Part shown: positions 26,794 to 36,354 of the stretch, piece after piece
Layout: each line of letters begins with the position of its first letter
Position numbering within the stretch: position 1 is the stretch's first letter
Notes under the pieces: generated by a model
What the model saw: the letters and a program-made list of their open reading frames with translations, nothing else
Told to the model about the DNA's origin: nothing
Database searches by the model: none
NCBI GenBank assembly: GCA_019634005.1
Contig: JAHQWD010000002.1
Coordinates: 30,969 to 94,968 of the forward strand
Reading direction: 5' to 3'
Length of the DNA: 64,000 nt
Origin: Candidatus Kaiserbacteria bacterium
Lineage (GTDB): Bacteria > Patescibacteriota > Minisyncoccia > Phycocordibacterales > UBA918
Program-made: the position numbers and the translations under genes

Positions 26794-28473
26794 CTATACC
26801 TTTGGCAGAACATCAACAATTCGCAACCGCACCTCTTTCCGTCCCATGAAAAAAGACTCTTCGACATGTGCAATAAGTGTACAGCCATCAGTGGAGAGGT
26901 GTGTAAACTCTTCTGGCTTCTTAAAGAACGCAATTGCATTGATGGTGTCAAAATATATTTTCGTATGATCTCCTCCCTTTCCAAAACTTTCTACCTTCTT
27001 TGGCTTCACATTTTTCAGACGAAACAATGGCTTCGGATTTCCCATACCAAACGGTGCCAGTGTTTTTAAATCTTTGAGGAAAGACTCAGTAATGTCTTCT
27101 AGCTGTATATCCGCATCAACAAAAATCTCTTCTTTCTCCGAAAGTGTTGCAGACAATTTTTCATACGCCTCATTGAGTGCATCAGAAAGTATGTGCACCT
27201 GTTCATCACTGGTAGAAAATCCTCCTGCCTCTTTGTGTCCACCAAACCCAAGAAGTGCATGGCTCGCCTCCTGCATCAAGTCCACCACAGATACTGAACC
27301 ATCTGATCGACACGACCCTTTGATAACACCCTGTCCGTCTCGACCCCATACAAAGACTGGTCGCTGGTATGTCTCCACCAAACTATTTGCAGAGAGTCCC
27401 ACAAGTGCAGGCTTCCATTCTGGATTTCCAATAACAATGACATTTGGAATTTCCGAAAGTTTCTCAAGCCGCCGTTTCAGTTCTCGGCTCATCACCGCAA
27501 CGGTTGTCTTTCGTTCTTTATTCAACTTCTCGAGATGTGCGGCACGTGTTCCTGCCTCAACCTCGTCCTTGGTAGAGAGGAGTGTAAACGCATCCTCTGG
27601 CGTATCCATACGTGAAGCAGCATTCACCCGCGGTGCGATGGTAAAGCCAATATCATCTTCGGTAAGCATATGTTGCCGAAGTCCATTCTTCCGCACCAAA
27701 TGATGCAACCCTGGCCTTCGAGACTTATGTAATACCTTAAGCCCATAATGTGCGAGTGCTCTATTCTCTCCAGTCAGTGGCACCATGTCTGCAATCGTTG
27801 CAACACCCACCATATCCAAAAGCCACTTCTCCCATCCGAGAGGCAACTCGACCCTCTCTCGCTTTCGCCCTTCAGTGATAAGTGCCTGCACAAACTTATA
27901 CGTTACCCCTGCAGCACAGAGTCCTTTGAAAGGATACGCGTCATCACACTTTGGATTCAAAAGCGCAAATGCATCGGGAGTCTCTTCTCCCGATTCATGG
28001 TGATCCACGATGATGACTGGAATGTTTGCCTCTTTTGCAGCGGCCAGTGCCTCATGATCCACCGTCCCGCAATCTATGGTGATGATGAGATTCACTCCAT
28101 CCTCTTTAAACTTTGTAACTGCACCCGCATTAAATCCATATCCCTCTTCATGACGATGCGGAATATAGTTTTGAAAGTTCTCATACCCAATTGCTTTGAA
28201 AAAATCATGAAGGACCACTCCTCCTGGAATACCGTCGCAGTCATAGTCACTGAAGACGGCGATGTGCTCTTCGTTTTCGATTGCATCCCACGTACGTGAA
28301 ACTGCCTTCTCCATATCAGACATGAGAAATGGGTCATGAAGGTGCGTGTCATAATCTGGATTTAAAAATCCTTCGATGTCTTTTTCTTCAGTGATTCCTC
28401 TATTTGCAAGCAGGGTATGAATTAAAGAATCTTTGGAGGTATCATGGAGTGTGTAGACTTTCTCTGGCCGCAT
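26794..28473 (-). CDS. recJ: single-stranded-DNA-specific exonuclease RecJ
   Basis: DHH motifs (VFSDYDCDGIPG, ITIDCG, VIIVDHHE) and DHHA1 GGHKEAGG. Confidence 0.9.
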   Translation of the reverse strand: MRPEKVYTLHDTSKDSLIHTLLANRGITEEKDIEGFLNPDYDTHLHDPFLMSDMEKAVSRTWDAIENEEHIAVFSDYDCDGIPGGVVLHDFFKAIGYENFQNYIPHRHEEGYGFNAGAVTKFKEDGVNLIITIDCGTVDHEALAAAKEANIPVIIVDHHESGEETPDAFALLNPKCDDAYPFKGLCAAGVTYKFVQALITEGRKRERVELPLGWEKWLLDMVGVATIADMVPLTGENRALAHYGLKVLHKSRRPGLHHLVRKNGLRQHMLTEDDIGFTIAPRVNAASRMDTPEDAFTLLSTKDEVEAGTRAAHLEKLNKERKTTVAVMSRELKRRLEKLSEIPNVIVIGNPEWKPALVGLSANSLVETYQRPVFVWGRDGQGVIKGSCRSDGSVSVVDLMQEASHALLGFGGHKEAGGFSTSDEQVHILSDALNEAYEKLSATLSEKEEIFVDADIQLEDITESFLKDLKTLAPFGMGNPKPLFRLKNVKPKKVESFGKGGDHTKIYFDTINAIAFFKKPEEFTHLSTDGCTLIAHVEESFFMGRKEVRLRIVDVLPKV

Positions 28474-28805
28474 AGTATGCCTATACTACCATGAGGCACA
28501 AGAGTTGATCTGTCACTTAAAATAAAAGAGGCGCCTGCTGTGTAAGCAGAACGCCTCAAATCTTATGCTGACTATTTCCTCCTTGATCAGCAAGCCAATG
28601 GCTAAAGGAACCAGACGCTGTCACCGTGCGGTTTGTTCGGAAACACGGTGTACACAAGAACATCATTTCTGATTTGCTTGCTGGCACTCACGTGCCGTGC
28701 GGTGTGCAACACCATTCTTGTCAATGTAGAGACACACTGGTCTTCTCCCTTATAATGATTTCAAGACAACTCAGTACTGGGACTAATATATCATATATAA
28801 ACCAT

Positions 28806-28836
28806 ATTGTCAAGTAATTCAAAAGCCTGCTATACT
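28806..28836 (+). promoter_or_regulatory. TTGTCA-18-TATACT promoter 6 nt upstream of HIT start codon (leaderless transcript candidate)
   Basis: attgtcaagtaattcaaaagcctgctatactaccctcATG; same CTATACTACC decamer also abuts recJ start (28476-28485). Confidence 0.4.
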
Positions 28837-28842
28837 ACCCTC

Positions 28843-29256
28843 ATGGAAAAGACCCTCTACGAAAAACTCATCGACAGAGATCTCCCTGTATGGCCAGTGT
28901 ACGAAGATGATACGGCCTTCGCCTTTTTAGATATAGAGCCAACAAATAAGGGTCATGCACTTGTGATCCCAAAGAAGCCCTATCGAAATATTTTCGATAT
29001 TCCGCACGATGTACTCGGACACCTCATGGGAGTAGCGCAAAAGATTTCCCATGCTATGAGAGAAACGCTAGAAGCAGACGGTATTACCATTGTTATGAAC
29101 AACGAATCTGCGGGAGGGCAAAAAGTATTTCATACGCATATCCATATCATTCCCCGATTTGAAGGAGATGAGATCTTTCAAGACCCAAAGCACACAGAAT
29201 ATAAAGACGGAGAAAAAGATGCCCTTGCTGAAAAACTTCGTGATGCTATTTCATAA
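28843..29256 (+). CDS. HIT family (histidine triad) hydrolase
   Basis: HTHIHIIPR histidine triad; start trimmed to MEKTLYEK at 28843. Confidence 0.85.
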   Translation: MEKTLYEKLIDRDLPVWPVYEDDTAFAFLDIEPTNKGHALVIPKKPYRNIFDIPHDVLGHLMGVAQKISHAMRETLEADGITIVMNNESAGGQKVFHTHIHIIPRFEGDEIFQDPKHTEYKDGEKDALAEKLRDAIS

Positions 29257-29294
29257 TGTGTTGACATTGTGCGCACAATGTATACACTGCATAC

Positions 29295-29555
29295 ATGTCT
29301 ACTTCAACGATAAATATCCGCATTGATGAAAAAACAAAGCGTCGCGCAGCCGCAACGCTTTCTTCTATTGGGCTCGACATGTCGAGTGCAGTAAAAATGT
29401 TCCTCCACCAGGTGATACTTGAGGACGGTGTTCCATTTATACCCTCTCGAAAGAGACAGAAGGAGATTCGTGCTGAATGGGATCAGGAAATCGCAGAAGC
29501 AATGAAAGGAACGAGCTACCGTACCGCAAAAGAACTCCACGACGCAATAGAATAA
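29295..29555 (+). CDS. dinJ: RelB/DinJ family antitoxin
   Basis: INIRIDEKTKRRAAATLSSIGLDMSSAVKMFLHQVILEDGVPF parallels E. coli DinJ VRARIDEDLKNQAADVLAGMGLTISDLVRITLTKVAREKALPF. Confidence 0.65.
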   Translation: MSTSTINIRIDEKTKRRAAATLSSIGLDMSSAVKMFLHQVILEDGVPFIPSRKRQKEIRAEWDQEIAEAMKGTSYRTAKELHDAIE

Positions 29556-29562
29556 CTCTTCC

Positions 29563-29718
29563 ATGTATTCTATTGTTGCTTCAAAGAAATACGTGCGTTC
29601 TTATAGAAAGTACCTACGCTCTGGAGTTAAGAAGCAAACATTAGATGAGTTGCAACTCGTCATTGATACCCTTGCTGAAGGAAAGAAACTTAATCGTCAC
29701 GCCCAATTATTTAAGTGA
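29563..29718 (+). pseudogene. truncated YafQ/RelE-family toxin (51 aa; N-terminal segment fused to C-terminal tail, catalytic core missing)
   Basis: MYSIVASKKYVRSYRKYLRSGVKKQTLDELQLVIDTLAEGKKLNRHAQLFK resembles YafQ N-terminus (YSGQYSKDVKLAQKRHKDMNKLKYLMTLLINNTLPLP) and C-terminal THAALFG, ~40 core residues absent; stop overlaps pgk stop. Confidence 0.45.
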
Positions 29719-30820
29719 GTGCCTCAATTCCTGGAAGTGTTCCCGTTTCTAGGAACACTAACATCGCACCGCCTGCGGTAGAGAGAAAAGAAAACCTATC
29801 TTCAAGTTGCAGCTTTGCAATCGAGGCAATGGTGTCTCCGCCGCCGACGACAGAGTATGCATCACTTGTTGCAATAAGATCTGCGAGTGCCTCTGTATAT
29901 TCCGCAAATCCTTCTTCATAATTTCCAAGCGGACCATTCCATAAAATAGTTTGTGCTTCAGCGACATAGGTTGCAAGCATCTTCATTGTTTCAGGCCCCG
30001 CATCAAGAATCATTTCATTGGATCGCACGTCATCTGGACTCGTCACCCGCACCTCACCCGTCGCATTTCTCACCGTGACATCCACAGGAAGCAGGATGTT
30101 CTCCCGACTAAGCAATGCATCATCAACCGCAACAGAAGAGACAAGGGATGTGCCCACCTCAAATCCTTTTGCTTTAAAGAAATCATTTGCAAGTGCTCCG
30201 CCAACAAACACACGGTCATATATATCAGCGTATTGTGTAATAAGCGGTGCTTTGGTCTCAAATTTTGCTCCGCCGAGTATAAATAGTGATGGAGATTCTG
30301 GAGTGCGCACTTCTTCAAGTGTGTGATACTCCTTCTCAAAATTCAGTCCCATGTACGAAGGAAGATGTTTCGGGATGCCAACAATAGATGCATGTGCTCT
30401 ATGCGATGCGGCGAAGGCATCGTTCACATAGATGTCAGTAAGGGATGCAAGTTCTTTTGCAAAGGTATCGTCATTTTTTTTCTCTCCCTCATTACACCGA
30501 AGGTTCTCAAGAAGAAGTGCTTCTCCATTTTCCAACGCATCAGTCATCTCTTTCGCCTCAGAAAAATCTCCGCACCATAAGAGTGACATCCGCCGTCGCA
30601 TCGCTTGGTACACCGATTCAAGTGTATCTGTTTTTTCTCGTCCGATGTGTGCAATGATTACAACCTTTGCCCCTTCTCCTACAAGGTAATCGATCGTCTT
30701 CATCGCCTTTCTAATACGAAAGTCATCGATCACCTCCCCATTTTCAATCGGTACGTTAAGTGATGCGCGAAGTAACACTTTCTTTCCACGGAGATCTGGT
30801 ACGTCCACTATCGATTTCAT
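29711..30820 (-). CDS. pgk: phosphoglycerate kinase
   Basis: Full-length PGK (LLRASLNVP, VVIIAHIGR, NGPLG, VVGGGDT). Confidence 0.95.
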   Translation of the reverse strand: MKSIVDVPDLRGKKVLLRASLNVPIENGEVIDDFRIRKAMKTIDYLVGEGAKVVIIAHIGREKTDTLESVYQAMRRRMSLLWCGDFSEAKEMTDALENGEALLLENLRCNEGEKKNDDTFAKELASLTDIYVNDAFAASHRAHASIVGIPKHLPSYMGLNFEKEYHTLEEVRTPESPSLFILGGAKFETKAPLITQYADIYDRVFVGGALANDFFKAKGFEVGTSLVSSVAVDDALLSRENILLPVDVTVRNATGEVRVTSPDDVRSNEMILDAGPETMKMLATYVAEAQTILWNGPLGNYEEGFAEYTEALADLIATSDAYSVVGGGDTIASIAKLQLEDRFSFLSTAGGAMLVFLETGTLPGIEALT

Positions 30821-31572
30821 AGGCGATCTACAATTTTTGCCACCTCGATAAAATTATCTGCTTTCAGACTTGCTCCACCGACCAAGAAACCATCTACTTC
30901 ACCTTGTGTGTAGAGTTCCTCTGCATTCTTTTTATTCACTGATCCTCCATACAGCACACGAATTTTTGAAAGTGCAGTACGCCCAAACATGTCGCTGAGT
31001 ACTTTTTGTATAAAAAGTTTCATTTCGTGTGCATCATGTGCTGTTGCTGTATTGCCAGTGCCAATTGCCCAGATTGGTTCATACGCAATAGCAACATTCC
31101 CAAGTTTTGTCTTCGGTACACCTTGAAGCGCCATCCGAATCTGATCCTCTACAAGCGCAAGGTAGTGTCCGTGGTCATCTCGCTCTTTCTCTCCGACACA
31201 GATAATGGCAGTATTCCCTGCTTTCACTGTCGCAGATACTTTCTTCGCCACCTCATCATCTGTCTCTCCCTGCTCTCGTACCTCAGAGTGCCCAATGATG
31301 ACATGCTTTACATTGATGCTCGAAAGCATCGCATTTGAAACTTCTCCCGTATGTGCACCTAATTTCTCCCAAAAGACATCCTGGGCTACCAAAAATGTCT
31401 TCTTTCCTTTTGCTTTCTCAGCGAGTGCAGAGAGGAAGACCATTGGTGGTGCAACAGCAACTTCTACCTTCCTCAAGCGTGCCACCCCCTTCTGCACATC
31501 TGTATATAACGTATTCGCAAGCGAAAGCGACGTTGGATTAAGTTTCCAGTTCCCGATGACAATTGGTTTCAT
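30817..31572 (-). CDS. tpiA: triosephosphate isomerase
   Basis: MKPIVIGNWKLN...IIGHSERR-like HVIIGHSEVR...AYEPIWAIGTG. Confidence 0.95.
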   Translation of the reverse strand: MKPIVIGNWKLNPTSLSLANTLYTDVQKGVARLRKVEVAVAPPMVFLSALAEKAKGKKTFLVAQDVFWEKLGAHTGEVSNAMLSSINVKHVIIGHSEVREQGETDDEVAKKVSATVKAGNTAIICVGEKERDDHGHYLALVEDQIRMALQGVPKTKLGNVAIAYEPIWAIGTGNTATAHDAHEMKLFIQKVLSDMFGRTALSKIRVLYGGSVNKKNAEELYTQGEVDGFLVGGASLKADNFIEVAKIVDRL

Positions 31573-31589
31573 ACGAAGATTGTAGCATG

Positions 31590-33338
31590 CTACTCCTCTG
31601 CGAGTATCCGAAGCACTTCTTCAATACTAGTCTGTCCTAGTGCCGCCTTAAAAAGTCCATCTTCTGCAAGTGTAGTCATACCCTCTTTTGCTGCATGCTT
31701 CTGTATCTTTTCGATGTCTGCTTCTTCAAGAATCAGTTCTCGAAGTGCAGGAGTGATACGGAGCACCTCGTGGATACCGATACGTCCAAGACCCTCCACG
31801 ACAGCATCTTTCTTTGGTCTATAAAATGGAATCGTACTCCATGTTGCAGTCTTCTTCACCACACCTTCAGCCTTGAGGTGTTTAAGGACGGCATTCATAT
31901 CTATATATTGCTCGAGTGCATCACGCTCTTCTTTTGAAAGTGTATACGCCTCCTTCTCTTCTGGGAGTTTCCCAACCAGACGAATGCCGATAGCAAGTTT
32001 TAACGTGTGTGCAAGCACAAATGGCTCTATGTCCATCTCCCGAAGACGGGTAATGACATCCACCGCACGTGCTGCATACATACCACCGAGCATCAGGTGT
32101 CCACTCTGTGCGGCGTGTGTGGTAAGTGTCGCAGTCTGGGCATCTTTAATATCTCCCACCATCACGATGTCGGAGTCTTGGCGAAGGAGTGCACGAAGGC
32201 CTGATGCGAAGGTGAGGCCGAGGTCTGGACGTATCTGGGTCTGATTCACTCGTGCGAGTTGGTATTCTATTGGATCTTCAATGGTTGCTACGTTAACGTC
32301 TGGTGTATTGAGCACATCAAGCATGGTGTAGAGAGTAGTTGTTTTTCCAGAGTCTTCAGGACCTGCAAGCACAATGAGCCCTTGCCGTTCTCGCATAACC
32401 TCGTGAATCTGTTCGAGAGACTCTCCGTGGAAGCCAATACCCTCAAGGGTAAACCCTGAGCGATTCTCTTCCACGAGGCGCATGACTACCTTTTCGCCAA
32501 AGTACACAGGCACTACTGACACACGAAATACAATCTTCTGGCTCTCGAGTTCCATCTTGAAACGTCCTTCCTGCGGAAGATACTTCTGATCCAAACGAAG
32601 TCCTGCAATATTTTTAATCCGTGCACTGATAAACGGTGCCAAACGCTTTGGGAGCACCATCGCATCATGAAGCACGCCATCGATACGGTAGCGAATGACC
32701 AACTCATTCTCTGCTGGTTCTATATGCACATCCGATGCGGACTGTGCAATCGCGTGACGAAGTAACATATCGACAATACGTACCACTTCTGGTCGTTCAA
32801 TACGCTTTGCCAGTGCACTGATATCAATCTTTCCGTCTGCGGTTTGCGGACACTCTGCAACACCACGTGCTTCTTGTGCAATTCGGCTTCCAAACGCTGT
32901 TTTTAACCCTTGGTGATATTGCCCCAGTGCATATTTCATTGAAGCCGTGTCAGTGAGACGAGGGCGCATACGATATCCCATACGCTTTGCGAGCGTCTCT
33001 AACGCCTTCATGTTTTGAACATCAAGGGTTGCCACCTCTAGTACATTTCCTTCTTTCTTAAATGCAATGACATTGTGTCCACGTGCAATTGGCTCTGGAA
33101 TAATGGAAAGCACGTCGAAGGTGAGATCTGTTCCGCTAAGTTGCACAAACGGTACACCAAGAATGTACGCCTCGATACGACGGAGATCATCTTCAGTAAT
33201 GGTTCCATTAGAAATTAATGCTTCTGCAAATGACATGCTTCGATCTTCTGCAAGTGTCTCGGCAGCATCAAGATCCTTCCGAAGTGCCATACCGGAATCG
33301 AGCATAAATCTTTTCAATTGCGCGTCTTGAATGTGCAT
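31590..33338 (-). CDS. pilB: type II/IV secretion ATPase GspE/PilB (type IV pilus assembly ATPase)
   Basis: N-terminal GSPII_E_N domain, Walker A GPEDSGKTTTLY, Asp box VATIEDPIEY, His box. Confidence 0.88.
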   Translation of the reverse strand: MHIQDAQLKRFMLDSGMALRKDLDAAETLAEDRSMSFAEALISNGTITEDDLRRIEAYILGVPFVQLSGTDLTFDVLSIIPEPIARGHNVIAFKKEGNVLEVATLDVQNMKALETLAKRMGYRMRPRLTDTASMKYALGQYHQGLKTAFGSRIAQEARGVAECPQTADGKIDISALAKRIERPEVVRIVDMLLRHAIAQSASDVHIEPAENELVIRYRIDGVLHDAMVLPKRLAPFISARIKNIAGLRLDQKYLPQEGRFKMELESQKIVFRVSVVPVYFGEKVVMRLVEENRSGFTLEGIGFHGESLEQIHEVMRERQGLIVLAGPEDSGKTTTLYTMLDVLNTPDVNVATIEDPIEYQLARVNQTQIRPDLGLTFASGLRALLRQDSDIVMVGDIKDAQTATLTTHAAQSGHLMLGGMYAARAVDVITRLREMDIEPFVLAHTLKLAIGIRLVGKLPEEKEAYTLSKEERDALEQYIDMNAVLKHLKAEGVVKKTATWSTIPFYRPKKDAVVEGLGRIGIHEVLRITPALRELILEEADIEKIQKHAAKEGMTTLAEDGLFKAALGQTSIEEVLRILAEE

Positions 33339-33460
33339 ACCTCCAAAGTATTGTTTTTAGTATACCGCACATACTCCCACATCGGGAGTTGTGTGTTGTA
33401 GAGAATTAGAAAAGGCCGCACATGTAGTGCGACCTTGTTTTTGTTTTGGAGTATTTGTCA

Positions 33461-33862
33461 TTATTCGACAATATTCTCCGGCTTGACTGTTGCTACCAGA
33501 GCATCCGTCAGCTGTTTTTCAATTGCAATCAATTCCAGCGACCGTTCATACGGCTGCCAGAACCCGAGTTCGTTTTTCTTGTAACAGTCGGCGACCTTTT
33601 GGGCGGGGATACAAATCTCCACCATTTTTTTCTGGTCCCGATCATAGAAGCCAGTGAGAGCGCCTTCCAGCCACGGGGCCTCCTCCTGGATAAGGAGGTA
33701 AGCATTTTTCATGTCCAGTACCTGAACGTCGCGGTACTCTTCAAGCTGAGCCCAATATGTTACCGTTTTGCCTGCTGTTTCTGCCACGTGTGCGATAGAC
33801 AGGCCGACAATAGAAAAAAGGGCTATAACAACTGCTGTAAACTTCAAAGAACGTTTATTCAT
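33461..33862 (-). CDS. hypothetical secreted protein (133 aa)
   Basis: Signal peptide MNKRSLKFTAVVIALFSIVGLSIAHVA; no motif recognised. Confidence 0.5.
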   Translation of the reverse strand: MNKRSLKFTAVVIALFSIVGLSIAHVAETAGKTVTYWAQLEEYRDVQVLDMKNAYLLIQEEAPWLEGALTGFYDRDQKKMVEICIPAQKVADCYKKNELGFWQPYERSLELIAIEKQLTDALVATVKPENIVE

Positions 33863-34075
33863 TGGATTTCTCCTTGCTACGGCCGACCCCCTCTTGGTGT
33901 CTCCTCTTCCGTAACTCTTAATTATATTATAACATATTTGTATATGTTGTCAACAGTATTAAGATATCGCCTATTTTGACCATTTGACACCCACCCACCT
34001 ATCAGATATACTCTTATCACTGAAGGAAGTCGGCATGCGCCGACGTTTTTTATTAAAAAAATTACATACAGAACT

Positions 34076-35398
34076 ATGTTTGACCTTAAGGTAATTAACT
34101 CCGTACTGGATCAGATGGAGGAAGAACGCGGCATTGGACGCGAAAAGATGCTGGATGCAATCGAGCAGTCTCTTGCAACTGCATATAAGAAAGAATACGG
34201 AAAGCGCGGACAGATTGTACGTGCGTCATTCGATATCAATACAGGAGATACTGCATTCGAGCAGGTAAAGACCGTTGTAGACGAGTCTCTTGTACGTATG
34301 GAAGAGGAGGGTGAAGAAATCGAGGAGGTAGAAACACCAGAAGTCGACGAAGACGGGGAGGAGAAACTTCCTCGCTTCGATGCTGAAAAGCACATCATGC
34401 TTGAGAACGCGAAGCTCATTAAGGGTGATGCACAACTTGGCGACGAACTCGTATTCCCCCTTGAGCCGAAAGACGATTTCGGACGTATCGCTGCACAGAC
34501 TGCAAAGCAGGTCATCATTCAGAAGATCCGTGAAGCAGAGAAAGAGTCTGCACTTAAAGAGTTCGGACAGAAAGCAGGAGACATCGTCGTTGGACACGTA
34601 CAGCGTTTCGAACGTGGAAACCTCTACGTAGATCTTGGACGCGTGACCGCCATCATGCCGTATGACGAGCAGATCCCTGGAGAACGATTCAAGACGGGAG
34701 ATCGTATCCGTGCAATGCTTATGGCCGTAGAGGAGACACCACGCGGTATTTTCCTCAAACTTTCTCGATCAAGTTCCGACTTCCTTAAAAAACTCTTTGA
34801 AATTGAGGCACCCGAGCTTCAGAACGGTACCGTTGAGGTAAAAGCAATCGCCCGTGAAGCGGGTTCACGTTCTAAGATTGCGGTATACGCAACAGACTCA
34901 CACATTGATCCCGTAGGATCACTCGTCGGACAGCGTGGAGTACGTGTCTCTACCGTTATGAGCGAGCTTGGTGGTGAAAAGATCGACATCATTGAATGGT
35001 CTGAAGCACCAGAAGATTTTATCGAAGATGCACTCTCTCCTGCACAGGTACTTGAGGTAAAAATCGAAGAAGAGGGAGAAGAGGATGCAGATATCAAAGG
35101 TCACGCAATTGTAGAAGTTGCTGAAGATCAGCAATCTCTCGCTATCGGACGAGGTGGACAGAATGTGCGCCTTGCCGCAAAACTTACTGGCTGGAAGATT
35201 GATATTGTCTCTGCGAATACTGGAGACCAGCTTGCAGAAGCAGATGAAACTGGAGAGGTAGAAGTTGCTGAACCAGTTGAAGCGGCGGAGGCTGAAGTAG
35301 TAGAAGAAACTCCAGCTTCAGAAGTTGAAGAAAAGCCAGAAGAGACTCCCGAGGAGGAACCTTCTGAGGAAAAGGAGGAAACCGAAGACAAGGAGTAG
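34076..35398 (+). CDS. nusA: transcription termination/antitermination factor NusA (with acidic C-terminal tail)
   Basis: NusA N-domain, S1 and two KH regions (GQRGVRVSTVMSELGGEKIDII, AIGRGGQNVRLAAKLTGWKIDI). Confidence 0.93.
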   Translation: MFDLKVINSVLDQMEEERGIGREKMLDAIEQSLATAYKKEYGKRGQIVRASFDINTGDTAFEQVKTVVDESLVRMEEEGEEIEEVETPEVDEDGEEKLPRFDAEKHIMLENAKLIKGDAQLGDELVFPLEPKDDFGRIAAQTAKQVIIQKIREAEKESALKEFGQKAGDIVVGHVQRFERGNLYVDLGRVTAIMPYDEQIPGERFKTGDRIRAMLMAVEETPRGIFLKLSRSSSDFLKKLFEIEAPELQNGTVEVKAIAREAGSRSKIAVYATDSHIDPVGSLVGQRGVRVSTVMSELGGEKIDIIEWSEAPEDFIEDALSPAQVLEVKIEEEGEEDADIKGHAIVEVAEDQQSLAIGRGGQNVRLAAKLTGWKIDIVSANTGDQLAEADETGEVEVAEPVEAAEAEVVEETPASEVEEKPEETPEEEPSEEKEETEDKE

Positions 35399-35408
35399 CT
35401 CAAAAATA

Positions 35409-35436
35409 AAAACCGCAGGATATCCTGCGGTTTTTA
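35409..35436. terminator. Bidirectional terminator after nusA (aaaaaccgcaggatatcctgcggttttt)
   Basis: Perfect 10-bp stem; also directly follows stop of minus-strand small ORF 35437..35628. Confidence 0.65.
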
Positions 35437-35628
35437 TTATACCTGGATCATTGCTAACACCTCACCAAAAAGGAGAAGTCCCCCGAGAATAATCACTTCA
35501 ACTACGACAATGAGGAGCGCAAGTCTCCAATATAGTGACCACGACATTCCGATCATTGTCTTTTTCGGATACTTCTCTACAAAATCTTTAAACCGAGGGT
35601 TTAAACCGCCTAGATTCCACCAACTCAT
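35437..35628 (-). CDS. small membrane protein (63 aa); tentative
   Basis: ATG ORF with C-terminal TM helix LALLIVVVEVIILGGLLLFGEVL; terminator immediately downstream; no SD. Confidence 0.4.
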   Translation of the reverse strand: MSWWNLGGLNPRFKDFVEKYPKKTMIGMSWSLYWRLALLIVVVEVIILGGLLLFGEVLAMIQV

Positions 35629-35724
35629 AGATATATTGTTTAATTACTATGTATATATCCTAGCAAAGTTTTCATTACAAAAAATCCTGCTATACTGACT
35701 TCCACAAGTTAAATACACAAAACT

Positions 35725-36240
35725 ATGAACCTACTTCACGATATTCCAGCAGGAACCGCTGATGAAATGAACGTCATCATCGAGATTCCAAAGTTCTCAA
35801 AGAACAAATACGAGATCGACAAAGAAACGGGTATTATTGCACTTGATCGTGTGATGCACACCGCGCAAGACTATCCATTTGATTACGGATTTGTCCCCCA
35901 AACACTCTTCGATGACGGAGATGCACTTGATGTAGTGCTCGTGACTACATATCCACTTCAGCCAGGAATCCTCGTGAAAGCACGTCCTGTTGCCATTATG
36001 GAGATGGTAGATGGCGGAGAACGAGATGACAAGGTCGTTGCAGTCCCTGTAGAAGACCCGCGACTTGAGCACATCAAGGATCTTGGAGACCTTAATCCTC
36101 ATTTCACCAAGGAAATGGCACACTTCTTCGAGACATATAAGAAAGTGCAGAATAAGGAGGTCTCTGTTGGAGAATGGCATGGAAAAGAGAAGGCAAAAGA
36201 GGCTTTCGAGCACAGCCGAGAACTCTATACAAAGAAATAG
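35725..36240 (+). CDS. ppa: inorganic pyrophosphatase
   Basis: Family I PPase motifs (EIPKFSKNKYEIDKETG, DGDALDVVL, DDKVVAV). Confidence 0.93.
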   Translation: MNLLHDIPAGTADEMNVIIEIPKFSKNKYEIDKETGIIALDRVMHTAQDYPFDYGFVPQTLFDDGDALDVVLVTTYPLQPGILVKARPVAIMEMVDGGERDDKVVAVPVEDPRLEHIKDLGDLNPHFTKEMAHFFETYKKVQNKEVSVGEWHGKEKAKEAFEHSRELYTKK

Positions 36241-36264
36241 AGCGTGAAATAACGTTTTGTGTAC

Positions 36265-36296
36265 AACCGACCCCATCAATTTGATGGGGTCGGTTT
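36265..36296 (+). terminator. Rho-independent terminator after ppa (aaccgaccccatcaatttgatggggtcggttt)
   Basis: 11-bp stem + T-tract. Confidence 0.65.
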
Positions 36297-36354
36297 ATAC
36301 TTAAAATAACCACATGTATCTCTCGTGGTTATTAACCCTATTCATTAGCGTAGT

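Noticed and set aside
27074-27703. 209-aa + strand ORF inside recJ (and 27748..28299)
   Set aside because: Antisense to RecJ, which has clear DHH/DHHA1 motifs.
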